Assembly (NCBI GenBank): GCA_000092065.1
Contig: CP000600.1
Source: Ostreococcus lucimarinus
Lineage: Eukaryota
Length of the DNA: 64,000 nucleotides
Direction: 5' to 3' (one strand)
Shown in pieces: positions 28,482-37,088 of this stretch; the stretch's first letter is position 1; every line of letters begins with the position of its first letter. A program made the translations under genes and the position numbers. The notes below the pieces were generated by a model. The model was not told where the DNA came from. It saw nothing but the letters and a program-made list of their open reading frames with translations, and did no database searches.

Positions 28482-29912
28482 ATGACGGACGCCGAGGACG
28501 TCGAACTGCGCGGCGCGGCGGAAATCGCGCGGAAACAGCGCGAGGAGCTGGTGCGCGAATTCGAGTCGCGACGACGTTTGCGCGCGACGCACGCGCCGAC
28601 GCACGATGCGGACGTGCGCGCGATGCTGCGAAAGTACCGCGAGCCGATCACGCTGTTCGGCGAGCGAGAGAGCGAGCGGAGGGATCGATTGCGCGCGCTG
28701 TTGGCGTCGTTGGACGCGCGAGACGGCGGCGAACTCGACGACGGCGCGGGGACGCGAACGGCGACGGATAAATACGGCGCCACGATCGTCGACGAGGGAG
28801 AATATAACGCGCACGCGACGCAGAAGGAGACGTTTTACACCGAAGGCACGGAACGGTTGCTGGAGTGCCGAATAGACATCGCGGAGTGGTCGCTGCCGCG
28901 GGCGGCGAAGCGCGTGGCGACGCAACGCGAGGCGAGAGGTAAGGGAGGGAGAAAAGACGAACGGGCGACGATCGATGCGGTGGTGGCGTCGACGTCGGGG
29001 TTCCAGGCGCAGTGCAGCGAGATCGGCGACGCGTCGCGACCGATCTGTGAGGTGAAGTTTTATAACGGAGGGAGAAACGCGGTGAGCGCGAGTTGGAGCG
29101 GGGAGGCGCGCAAGTGGGCGTGCGACGTAGAGGGAGGAAAATTGACCTCCGAGCTCGTCATTCGAGCGAGTGATCATCGAATCACTGGAATCGACGCGTT
29201 CGACGCGGGCGACGGTCGCGCGCGCATCGTCACCGGGCACGCCGACGGCTCTGCGGCGATTTGGAACGCCGACGGAAGTCGCGCGGCGGAGTTGAAAGGC
29301 CACGCCTCTCGATGCGGGCGCGTGGCGTTTCATCCACACGGGGGAAAGTACGTCGCCACCGCGTCCTTCGACGCCACGTGGCGGCTTTGGAGCGCGGAGA
29401 CCGGGGAAGAGTTGTTGTGTCAAGAGGGCCACGCCAAGGAGGTGTACGACGTCGCGTTCCACCCCGACGGTTCGCTCGCCGCGTCCGTGGGCTTAGACGC
29501 CGTCGGGCGCGTGTGGGATCTGCGCATCGGCAAATCCATCGCCGTCTTACGCGGTCACGTCAAGCAAATCCTCTCCGTGGACTTTTCTCCCAACGGCTAC
29601 CACGTCGTCACCGGCGGCGACGACCGCACCGTCAAGTCGTGGGACTTGCGCAAATCCGCCGAGTGCGCGTACACCAACGCCGCGCACTCCGCCCTGGTCT
29701 CTTGCGTCAGGTACGAAAAAACCTCATCCAACGGCGCCTTCTTCACCAGTTCCAGCTACGACGGTTCCGTCGTCGTCTACTCCGCGCGCGACTTCGCCCC
29801 GCACAAGAAGATCGGCGACGGCGCCGCGGGCAAGCTCACCGCCGTCGACGTCGCCGGCGACGCCCTCATCCTCAGCGGTTTCGACCGCACCCTCAAGTAT
29901 TACACCAAGTGA
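28482..29912 (+). CDS. PRPF4: U4/U6 small nuclear ribonucleoprotein PRP4 (WD40)
   Basis: N-terminal PRP3-binding SFM motif (VRAMLRKYREPITLFGE) followed by seven WD40 repeats (GHADGSAAIWN, WRLWS, VGRVWDLR, TVKSWDLR...). Confidence 0.8.
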   Translation: MTDAEDVELRGAAEIARKQREELVREFESRRRLRATHAPTHDADVRAMLRKYREPITLFGERESERRDRLRALLASLDARDGGELDDGAGTRTATDKYGATIVDEGEYNAHATQKETFYTEGTERLLECRIDIAEWSLPRAAKRVATQREARGKGGRKDERATIDAVVASTSGFQAQCSEIGDASRPICEVKFYNGGRNAVSASWSGEARKWACDVEGGKLTSELVIRASDHRITGIDAFDAGDGRARIVTGHADGSAAIWNADGSRAAELKGHASRCGRVAFHPHGGKYVATASFDATWRLWSAETGEELLCQEGHAKEVYDVAFHPDGSLAASVGLDAVGRVWDLRIGKSIAVLRGHVKQILSVDFSPNGYHVVTGGDDRTVKSWDLRKSAECAYTNAAHSALVSCVRYEKTSSNGAFFTSSSYDGSVVVYSARDFAPHKKIGDGAAGKLTAVDVAGDALILSGFDRTLKYYTK

Positions 29913-30053
29913 AGCGTTCTCGCGCGTCGATTTGTTCGCGCAAATCACCTTTGTGTAAAAAAATGAGCCACAGCGACCCTTCGCGACGCTTTCGACGGGT
30001 CGACACGCGCGCCACATCTCGTCGCCGCACCGCGTCGCGCGCCGTCTCGCGCG

Positions 30054-31247
30054 ATGGTGCTCGCGACGGCGACGACGCCGACGCCGCGCGCGCCGTCTCG
30101 GTCCGCCCCGCGCGCGGCGTCGCGCGCGACGGCGCGACGATTCGCCGCCGCGCGACGATTCGGCGGCGACGACTCGAATCGACGCGCGCGCGCCGCCGCG
30201 CGCGCCGACGGCGGCGGCGACGCGGCGGCGGACGACGCGCTCGACGCGCTCGAGCTGCTGCGCGCGCGAGGGCGCGCGAGGGCGTCGAGCGCGACGACGC
30301 GCGACGACGCGCGCGCGGCGAGGGTGTGCCTGGTGGGCGTCGGACCGGGCGACCCGGGCTTGCTCACGCTTCGCGCGTATCAGCTCATGCAGACCGCGGA
30401 CGTGGTGCTGTACGATCGATTGGTGTCGAACGAGATCCTGAATCTCGCGCGCGCGGAGGCGCGGATGGTGTACGTGGGGAAGCGAGCGGGGTACCACACG
30501 CGGACGCAGGAGGAGATACACGAACTGCTGGCGGCGTTCGCGGACGCCGGGGCGACGATCCTGCGGTTGAAGGGCGGGGATCCGCTGGTGTTCGGGCGCG
30601 GCGGGGAGGAGTTCGAGTTCCTGCGCGAGCACAATCCGAACGTGCGCGTGGAGGTGGTTCCGGGAATCACCGCGGCGGCGGGCGTCGGGAGCGAGCTCGG
30701 CATACCGCTCACGCACCGCGGGGTGGCGACGTCGGTGCGGTTGTTGACCGGACATCTGCGCGAGGGCGCGGGGTCGCGCGAGGACGCCACGGGCGCGGCG
30801 AGCGATCCGGTGGATTTCGCGGTGACGAGCGCCGACGTCGAGACGACGCTCGTCGTCTACATGGGTCTGGGCACGCTCCCGAAGCTCAGCGAAAAGCTCA
30901 TCGCGAGCGGATTTCCGGCCGATATGCCCGCGGTGGCGATCGAGCGCGGCACGACCGTGGACGAACGTCGAGTGTTTAGCTCCATCGAGCACCTACCCGA
31001 AGCCGCGGCGGCGTGCGAGCTCGTGTCGCCGACGCTCCTCATCGTCGGTCGCACGGTGACGCTCAGCCCGCACTGGCCGTACGCCGCGGACGAATCCTCG
31101 TACGATCCCAAGTGGGTCGAACAGCGCGGCTCGCCGCGCGCGGCCGACGACGTGGACGATTGGCGCGCGTGGCTCGACTTGGACGTCGATTTCGCCTCGT
31201 CGCGCCCTCGCGCCGTCGCGCGCGAGATTCACGTCGACGCGTTCTAG
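30054..31247 (+). CDS. UPM1: uroporphyrinogen-III C-methyltransferase (siroheme synthesis), plastid-targeted
   Basis: Tetrapyrrole methylase motifs VGVGPGDPGLLTLRA, VVLYDRLV, LKGGDPLVFGRGGEE and VVPGITAA. The 100-aa Ala/Arg-rich N-terminus is presequence-like. Confidence 0.85.
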   Translation: MVLATATTPTPRAPSRSAPRAASRATARRFAAARRFGGDDSNRRARAAARADGGGDAAADDALDALELLRARGRARASSATTRDDARAARVCLVGVGPGDPGLLTLRAYQLMQTADVVLYDRLVSNEILNLARAEARMVYVGKRAGYHTRTQEEIHELLAAFADAGATILRLKGGDPLVFGRGGEEFEFLREHNPNVRVEVVPGITAAAGVGSELGIPLTHRGVATSVRLLTGHLREGAGSREDATGAASDPVDFAVTSADVETTLVVYMGLGTLPKLSEKLIASGFPADMPAVAIERGTTVDERRVFSSIEHLPEAAAACELVSPTLLIVGRTVTLSPHWPYAADESSYDPKWVEQRGSPRAADDVDDWRAWLDLDVDFASSRPRAVAREIHVDAF

Positions 31248-31396
31248 CCCTCGAACGGTCGCGCGCGTTTGTATCATAATCTTAGTCCGTTCCGCGCGCC
31301 GGTCGTCACGCGCCGTGCACGCTCGCGATTCGATTCGCTCCGCGTCCGCGTCCGCGTTCGCGCCTCGCGCCGTCGCCACTTCGCGCCTCCCTGGCC

Positions 31397-31788
31397 ATGT
31401 CCGCCGCCGAGGAAGACGCCGCCGTGCGCGAGCCCTTGGACCTGATCCGCCTCGCCCTCGACGAGAAGGTTTACGTCAAGCTGCGCGGCGACAGAGAGGC
31501 CAGAGGGCGCTTACACGTGCGTCGTCGCCGCGAATCGACGCGACGCGATCGCGAATCGAACGAGCGATCGCTCGACCGACGACTGACGACTCTTCGCCGT
31601 GGTTTCGCGCGCAGGCGTACGATCAACACTTGAACATGATCCTCGGTGACGTGGAGGAAGTGATCACGAGCACGGAGACGGACGAAGAGACGTTCGAGGA
31701 GTTTACGAAGACGACGAAGAGAAGTGTGCCCTTCTTGTTCATCAGAGGCGACGCGGTGACGCTGGTGTCGCCGCCGCTGCGGAGTTAG
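31397..31788 (+). CDS. LSM3: U6 snRNA-associated Sm-like protein LSm3, 2 exons
   Basis: Exons 31397..31516 and 31615..31788. The spliced product [29 protein letters not shown]|[19 protein letters not shown]...[20 protein letters not shown] is collinear with LSm3. The 98-nt intron has GTGCGT ... CGACTGACG ... CGCGCAG. Confidence 0.88.
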
Positions 31789-31859
31789 AGGGATCGTTAT
31801 TCGGGTATAGCTACTAGATTGTGTAAATTCGTCACTACAAGGTTGCGTCGTTCGGTCGC

Positions 31860-33590
31860 TCACGTCGGCGCCACGAATTCGGCCAAGTATTCGGCGACGG
31901 TGAAAGCCTTACCGGGCGGTTGCGTCGCGAGCTGCTCGGCGCGTTGAGCGTCGTAGGCGGATTTCAAAAGTACGGCACCGCGATCGAGCACACTCTTCGT
32001 CGTCTTGAGCCTGAGGGCGTCCGCGTCCGCGGGCGCGTCGAGTCGACTGAGATCGATGTTGAGCGAGCCGACGGTTTCGCGGTGCGCCTGCTGAAGCACG
32101 TCTACGAGTTCTTTTTCGCTTTGCTGCGCGTCCACACCCGCGGTGAGAAAGATGTCGTCTTCTTCGTCTCCACCATCGGTCGCCAGCGCCGCGGCGGTCG
32201 CCGCCGCGGCTTCTTCTTCTTCCGCCGCCGTCGCCGATCGCTCGGCGGCGCCCGCGCCCATGTCCCAATACGTCGTCAAACGCGTCGGGCGACGACTGAA
32301 TGGATCGCCTGAGCCCGTGTTCAACACGCCCGCCTTGAGTTTCGCCACTTGCTCGGACGCTCGCTTCGAGAGCTTTTCGCTGTTTTGGATTTCGTTGCGG
32401 CGGTTGATGTTCGCGAGGGCGTCCTGCGTCGACCCGCTTCTCTGCTGCAATTTGTCCTTTATCTCTCGATCGACCTCGTCGAAACGTTGACGAAGCTCTT
32501 CAACTTTATCTAAATCGTTTTCCGCCTCGGCGTGCGCGATCGCCGCCTTGATTTGCTCCTTTTCAAACAATAAGTTGTGACGCGTCCCTTGCTTTTCGCG
32601 CTTCTCCGCGAGAATCTTCGTCACGTCGTCGCTCGTGTATCGGTAATTTTTCGCCTCTTCCAACCCTTGAAGACACTTCTTCACATCGCGCGCGGTGATG
32701 GGGGTGCACCCCGCCTGCGCGCAGTGCGCCACCCAGGCTTTCCACTCGGCGTCTTGCACGTCGGAGTTTGAAACCTCGCTCAGTCGAAACGTCTTTTCAG
32801 ACTTTCCCCAGCGCAAAATCAACCACTTTTGCGTCGGCGGTTTGTTGGCCAAGTACTCGTACTTTTTGAGCGAGTATTGCTTGTACTTGCCGTCCGCGAC
32901 GCCCGCGATCTCGACGAGGCGATAGACGTTTTGCCCTTCCTTGTTGAGTCCTATGCCGACGCGCGTCAAACAATTCGTCACCGCGGCTTCAAAGTACGGT
33001 TCGTTCACCCACTGCTCGAGCTGATGTCTCTTCACCGTCACCGACGCGATCTCATCGCGCGTCGCCGGAACGTCGGACGACGCGTATTCAGCCTCAAGAT
33101 CGACGTCCGCTCGGGTTTCGCGTTTCTTCCGCCGAGGTCTCGCGACCCTTTCTTTGTCTTCCGATTCGGAGGCTGCCCCGCCAAATTCTTCCTCGTCCTC
33201 GCTCAGATCACCGAACACGCGTCGACTGCGTTCTTTTCGTTTCTTCGCCTCCGCGATGCGTTCGAGCGCCTCTAACTCGTCCCGCTGTTTACTCGAAATC
33301 GCCCGCGCCCCCGTCTTCTTCCGAGCCAGCTCCAATTCCTTCGATCGCGCCGCCGCGATGATCGCGCGTCGCGATTCCAGCCTCTTTCGCGCGTCCGCGC
33401 GTTCGAGCATGATCTCTTCCCGCTCGAGTTCGTTCAACGACGCGAGGCGCGCGCGATCGGCGGCGTCGCCCATCAAATCTGATCCGTACCCATCGTCGAA
33501 ATCGTCGGCGTCGGCGTCGTCGTCGGAGCTCCCGGCCGCGGCGAGGACGTCGAAATCGTCGTCATCGCGCGCTTCGTCGTCGGACGCCAT
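31860..33590 (-). CDS. RTF1: RNA polymerase II-associated Paf1-complex subunit RTF1 (Plus3 domain)
   Basis: Plus3 domain VTVKRHQLEQWVNEPYFEAAVTNCLTRVGIGLNKEGQNVYRLVEI. Acidic/Ser-rich N-terminus. Coiled-coil C-terminus. ATG at 33590. Confidence 0.7.
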   Translation of the reverse strand: MASDDEARDDDDFDVLAAAGSSDDDADADDFDDGYGSDLMGDAADRARLASLNELEREEIMLERADARKRLESRRAIIAAARSKELELARKKTGARAISSKQRDELEALERIAEAKKRKERSRRVFGDLSEDEEEFGGAASESEDKERVARPRRKKRETRADVDLEAEYASSDVPATRDEIASVTVKRHQLEQWVNEPYFEAAVTNCLTRVGIGLNKEGQNVYRLVEIAGVADGKYKQYSLKKYEYLANKPPTQKWLILRWGKSEKTFRLSEVSNSDVQDAEWKAWVAHCAQAGCTPITARDVKKCLQGLEEAKNYRYTSDDVTKILAEKREKQGTRHNLLFEKEQIKAAIAHAEAENDLDKVEELRQRFDEVDREIKDKLQQRSGSTQDALANINRRNEIQNSEKLSKRASEQVAKLKAGVLNTGSGDPFSRRPTRLTTYWDMGAGAAERSATAAEEEEAAAATAAALATDGGDEEDDIFLTAGVDAQQSEKELVDVLQQAHRETVGSLNIDLSRLDAPADADALRLKTTKSVLDRGAVLLKSAYDAQRAEQLATQPPGKAFTVAEYLAEFVAPT

Positions 33591-33789
33591 CGCGAGGAGG
33601 GCGTCGAAGGTCGCGTCGTGACGCGTCGTGACGCGGAACGCCGGAACGTCGCGCGCCGGAATCCCGAACACGCGAACACGCGAACACGCGCGTCGCCCAT
33701 AACATTGACGCTAGACAGTCGATCGGGGTGGGGTCGATCGTGTTTTCAGTTTTCCCGGTATGTAGCGTTCACCGAACGTTAAGTACGAA

Positions 33790-33950
33790 GGTCCTGTGGC
33801 CCAATGGATAAGGCGCCGGTCTACGGTTGTAGTCACGGTACTTTACCGTGATTTAGAGCCATGAGTGCCGAAACGCACACACAACACTCCGTCGAACGAG
33901 CCGTTCGAGTCGCAAACCGGAGATTCCAGGTTCGATCCCTGGCAGGATCA
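33790..33950 (+). tRNA. trnR-ACG: tRNA-Arg (anticodon ACG) with 88-nt intron at the canonical 37/38 position
   Basis: Acceptor stem GGTCCTG/CAGGATC with one G-U pair. D-arm GCCCAATGGATAAGGC, Arg-type. Anticodon stem CCGGT/ACCGG flanking loop CTACGG^A, anticodon ACG at 33823-33825. Intron 33827..33914. T-arm CCAGGTTCGATCCCTGG. Discriminator A. Confidence 0.7.
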
Positions 33951-34269
33951 CGATTTGTCGCGCACCTGTTAACTTTTTACCTTCGGGAAGCGCGGCGATG
34001 TCAAGCGTCGCTTGCGCGAACGCGTCGCGATACGCCTCAAACGACTCAAATCCTTTCATCCCGACGCGTCGCAAGCGAGCGTTCGCTGTCTCTTGTTCGG
34101 CTTTTTTTCGACTGCCAGAGTTTCCAGGGCGTCCGCTGCTCGATCACGTATAACTCTTCTTTTTTCCCAATATTTTACACATTTTTTTATTTATTGCATC
34201 TCCACAGTTGATCAATACCGTCGTGGTTACAACCGCGGCGCGCGCTGCTACGTCGCGAGGTTCGGTTCG

Positions 34270-34956
34270 CTATTCCATGGGCTCGACGCTCGCGCACCCG
34301 TCGCTCATCTGCGACGCGCCGCCGAGACCGCATCGCGAGATGCCGGCGTACAACGCGTCCGGTCCGGTGTCGCTGAGACGCAACAGCGTCACTTCGTATT
34401 TCAACGCGCTGTTCGCGGGAATCGTCGCGTACGGCGACCGCGCCGCCGCCGACCCGAATCCCAACTCGGGCGGCACCTCGAACGTTCTCGTACCGCCGAC
34501 GCGCATGCCGCGTATGCCCAAGCGCAAGCCCTCGGGCACCCCGGGCACCGGGGCGTCCGAGCTCAGATTGACGACCACCGGTCTCGCCGCCGCGGGCGCT
34601 ATGCTCACCGAGCCCACGCCCGAGGAGCTCGTCGCGTACACTCGCCCGCCCAGGGTGGTGTCGAACACCGCGCCGTCGCTCGCCAGCGTGCCCTCGTACT
34701 TGACCAACACCAAGCTCTTGCTCGTCGCCTCCTTGGCGCCGAATCCCGCGACGTCGCGCACTATTTTCACCGACGCTTCGTCCGCGAAAGCCGCGCGGCG
34801 TCCCAGCGCCGCGGCGACGGACGGGGCGAACAGCAAACACGCGCGGCGGGCGACGTCGCCGACGGCGTCGCTCGAGTCCCGAGCTCGCGTTCCAGCGCAC
34901 GCGACGCGGCGTCGCGGCGTCACCGCGACGGGCGGCGCGCGCGCGACGGGCGCCAT
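34270..34956 (-). CDS. FKBP-type peptidyl-prolyl cis-trans isomerase, likely thylakoid-lumenal
   Basis: FKBP fold motifs VKYEGTLASDGAVFDTT, GLRLGIRGMRVGGTRTFEVPPELGFG and IPANSALKYEVTLL. Bipartite presequence-like N-terminus. Confidence 0.75.
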   Translation of the reverse strand: MAPVARAPPVAVTPRRRVACAGTRARDSSDAVGDVARRACLLFAPSVAAALGRRAAFADEASVKIVRDVAGFGAKEATSKSLVLVKYEGTLASDGAVFDTTLGGRVYATSSSGVGSVSIAPAAARPVVVNLSSDAPVPGVPEGLRLGIRGMRVGGTRTFEVPPELGFGSAAARSPYATIPANSALKYEVTLLRLSDTGPDALYAGISRCGLGGASQMSDGCASVEPME

Positions 34957-35056
34957 GGGTCGAGGTGTGAGGCGTCCGAAAACGCACGCGCGGCTAACTA
35001 GGATTACAATCGCGCGTCGTCGTCTAAAACCACGGACGGGCTCGTTCCGTCTTCCG

Positions 35057-35611
35057 TCAATCGTCTTCCAAGGGAACCTTGACCGCGGGGAGCGTGTCGA
35101 CGCGCGCGAGCAGCGCCGCGAACTCCTCGAACGTCACCCCTCCCGCGTCTTCCTCGCCCCCTCGCATCTTTCGCAGCTCCCCGAACGCTTTAGAGATCAA
35201 TTGATCGAAGTCTTCCTGCGAAATCGAGCTTCCGACCAGGTGTCTCGTGATGGTTTCTAAGTCGCTCCTCGACACGACGCCGTCTCGATCGACGTCGTAG
35301 CAATGAAACATAAATCTCAATCGCTCCTCTCGCGTCGCCTTGGAGCTCAGAGCGCTGATCATGCGCACAAAGTCTTTAAAGTTTTGGTTTTGGAACATCT
35401 GCACGATTCTCGGCGCGAGCGGGGAGATGGCGAGCTCGGGAATCGCCATGAGTTCGTCCTCCGTGATGAATCCTTTGTGCTTCTTGTCGAGCGCGCGGAA
35501 GCGCTGATACAGCGCTTGGATCTCGCGCGAGGTGAATTTACCGCCGCAGTGTTGCTGAACGTCCTCGATGTCGTACTGCGTGAGATTGAGCGAGCTCGCG
35601 GTGAGACCCAT
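35057..35611 (-). CDS. calcineurin B-like / CHP-type EF-hand calcium-binding protein (N-myristoylation consensus)
   Basis: Starts MGLTASS (MGxxxS myristoylation consensus). EF-hand loops DKKHKGFITEDEL and DVDRDGVVSRSDL. About 184 aa. Confidence 0.75.
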   Translation of the reverse strand: MGLTASSLNLTQYDIEDVQQHCGGKFTSREIQALYQRFRALDKKHKGFITEDELMAIPELAISPLAPRIVQMFQNQNFKDFVRMISALSSKATREERLRFMFHCYDVDRDGVVSRSDLETITRHLVGSSISQEDFDQLISKAFGELRKMRGGEEDAGGVTFEEFAALLARVDTLPAVKVPLEDD

Positions 35612-35740
35612 GGCGGCGAGCGCTTTCGGGCGAGAGGCGCGCACTGCGGGACGCGCGTTCGACGACCGCGTTCGACGACGAGGAGGACTTGGGAGTTGTG
35701 TTATTAAAAAATAACTCGTGATTCGTTCGCGCCCGTTCGC

Positions 35741-36988
35741 TCAGAGCTTGCCCGTGATGGACTCGATGAAAATTTCCAAGCTGTCCGGGTCTCGGCGCTC
35801 CGAGCCGAGCTTGACGTACCCCGAGCGGCCTTTCGGGAAGAGCAAGAGCGTCGGGAACGATTTCATCGACAAGTTTTCTTGCGACCACTCCTTTTCGTCG
35901 CGATCGGCGCGGAACTTGGCGAATTTCACGCCCTTCGGCCCGAGACGCTCGGCGGCGGTTTCGAAACCGCTCACCATGCGCTGACAAAACGGACACCACG
36001 GCGCGTACAGCACCGCCAGAGTGGTCTCGCCGTGCGTCTTTTCGTCCTTCAACGCGGCGATGTCGTCTCGAGACAAGTTTCGAATCGAGTCGTGCTCAAA
36101 AATGTCTTCTTCCGTCGCCTCGCGATCGTCTTGCTTCGCCTTTTCCTCCGCCGTCAAGTTGCCGCTGTGCAAGCCGCACTCCTTGTCGCTCGCGTCTTCC
36201 CACCACCACCGTCCTTCGCGCTCTTGCTGTCCCGGAAGCACGGCCCGCGTGCACGGCGCGCATCCGATCGAGACGTACCCACGCTCGTGCAACGCGTTCA
36301 CGGGCGTGCCCATGACGCGCAAGAAATCCCACACCTCTTGCGACGTCGCGTCCGTGAGCGGGTTAAACTTGACCAAACTTCCCGCGCCCCCGGCCGCGCC
36401 CTCGAACACGGGATCGATCTGGCACGCCGGCACCGCGTTTCGCGTACCGGGGCTCTGATCCTTCCGCTGCCCCGTCACCCACGCCGTGAGCGTCGCCAGC
36501 TTCGCCCGCAAAGGCTTCACCTTGCGCACGCCGCAGCACTCCTTGTGTCCGTCCTCGTAAAACGAAAACATCCCCTTCTCGTTCACCAGCGCCTTCACCG
36601 CCTCGCTCTCGGGAAAGCAATACTCAATCTTTATGTCAAAATGTTTCTCAACCTTATCGAACAGCTCGTACGTCTCCGGATTCAACCGCCCCGTGTCGAG
36701 CGAGAAGACGCGATACGGCCGCCCCGTGAGCGCCGCGTACTGAATCACCGCCACGTCCTCCGCCCCGCTGAACGCGATCGCCAGCCCGTCGCCGTGCGTT
36801 TCCAGCGCCTTATCCATGATCTCCAGCGGCGTCGCGCGCGCGCGCTCGAGCGCGTCGCGCATGCCGTCGACGTCCGCCTTCGTCGCGCGCGAGGGCGCGC
36901 GCGTCGTTCGCGCCTTCGTCGTCGCGCGTCGCGCCGCGCGTCGCGCGCTCGGGCCCCGGAGCGCGCCGCGCGCGCGCGCGCTTCGCAT
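35741..36988 (-). CDS. APR: 5'-adenylylsulfate (APS) reductase, plant type with C-terminal thioredoxin-like domain, plastid-targeted
   Basis: PAPS-reductase domain ([24 protein letters not shown], conserved ECGLH near the C-terminus of the reductase domain). C-terminal thioredoxin/glutaredoxin-like domain with WCPFCQ. ATG at 36988 ([10 protein letters not shown]...). Confidence 0.85.
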   Translation of the reverse strand: MRSARARGALRGPSARRAARRATTKARTTRAPSRATKADVDGMRDALERARATPLEIMDKALETHGDGLAIAFSGAEDVAVIQYAALTGRPYRVFSLDTGRLNPETYELFDKVEKHFDIKIEYCFPESEAVKALVNEKGMFSFYEDGHKECCGVRKVKPLRAKLATLTAWVTGQRKDQSPGTRNAVPACQIDPVFEGAAGGAGSLVKFNPLTDATSQEVWDFLRVMGTPVNALHERGYVSIGCAPCTRAVLPGQQEREGRWWWEDASDKECGLHSGNLTAEEKAKQDDREATEEDIFEHDSIRNLSRDDIAALKDEKTHGETTLAVLYAPWCPFCQRMVSGFETAAERLGPKGVKFAKFRADRDEKEWSQENLSMKSFPTLLLFPKGRSGYVKLGSERRDPDSLEIFIESITGKL

Positions 36989-37088
36989 CGCGCGCGCCGT
37001 CGCCGTTCGCGCGCGTCCCGTTCGCGCGCCGCGTCGCCGAGTCGCGACGTCGAGGGCGCGGCGCCGCACTCGTCGACGCGTCGCGACG

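Noticed and set aside
29261-30992. 572-aa (+) and 422-aa (-) ORFs across the PRP4 3' end and the UPM gene
   Set aside because: Frame-shifted or antisense translations of real genes (PRP4, uroporphyrinogen methyltransferase). Their composition is dominated by Arg, Gly and Ala.
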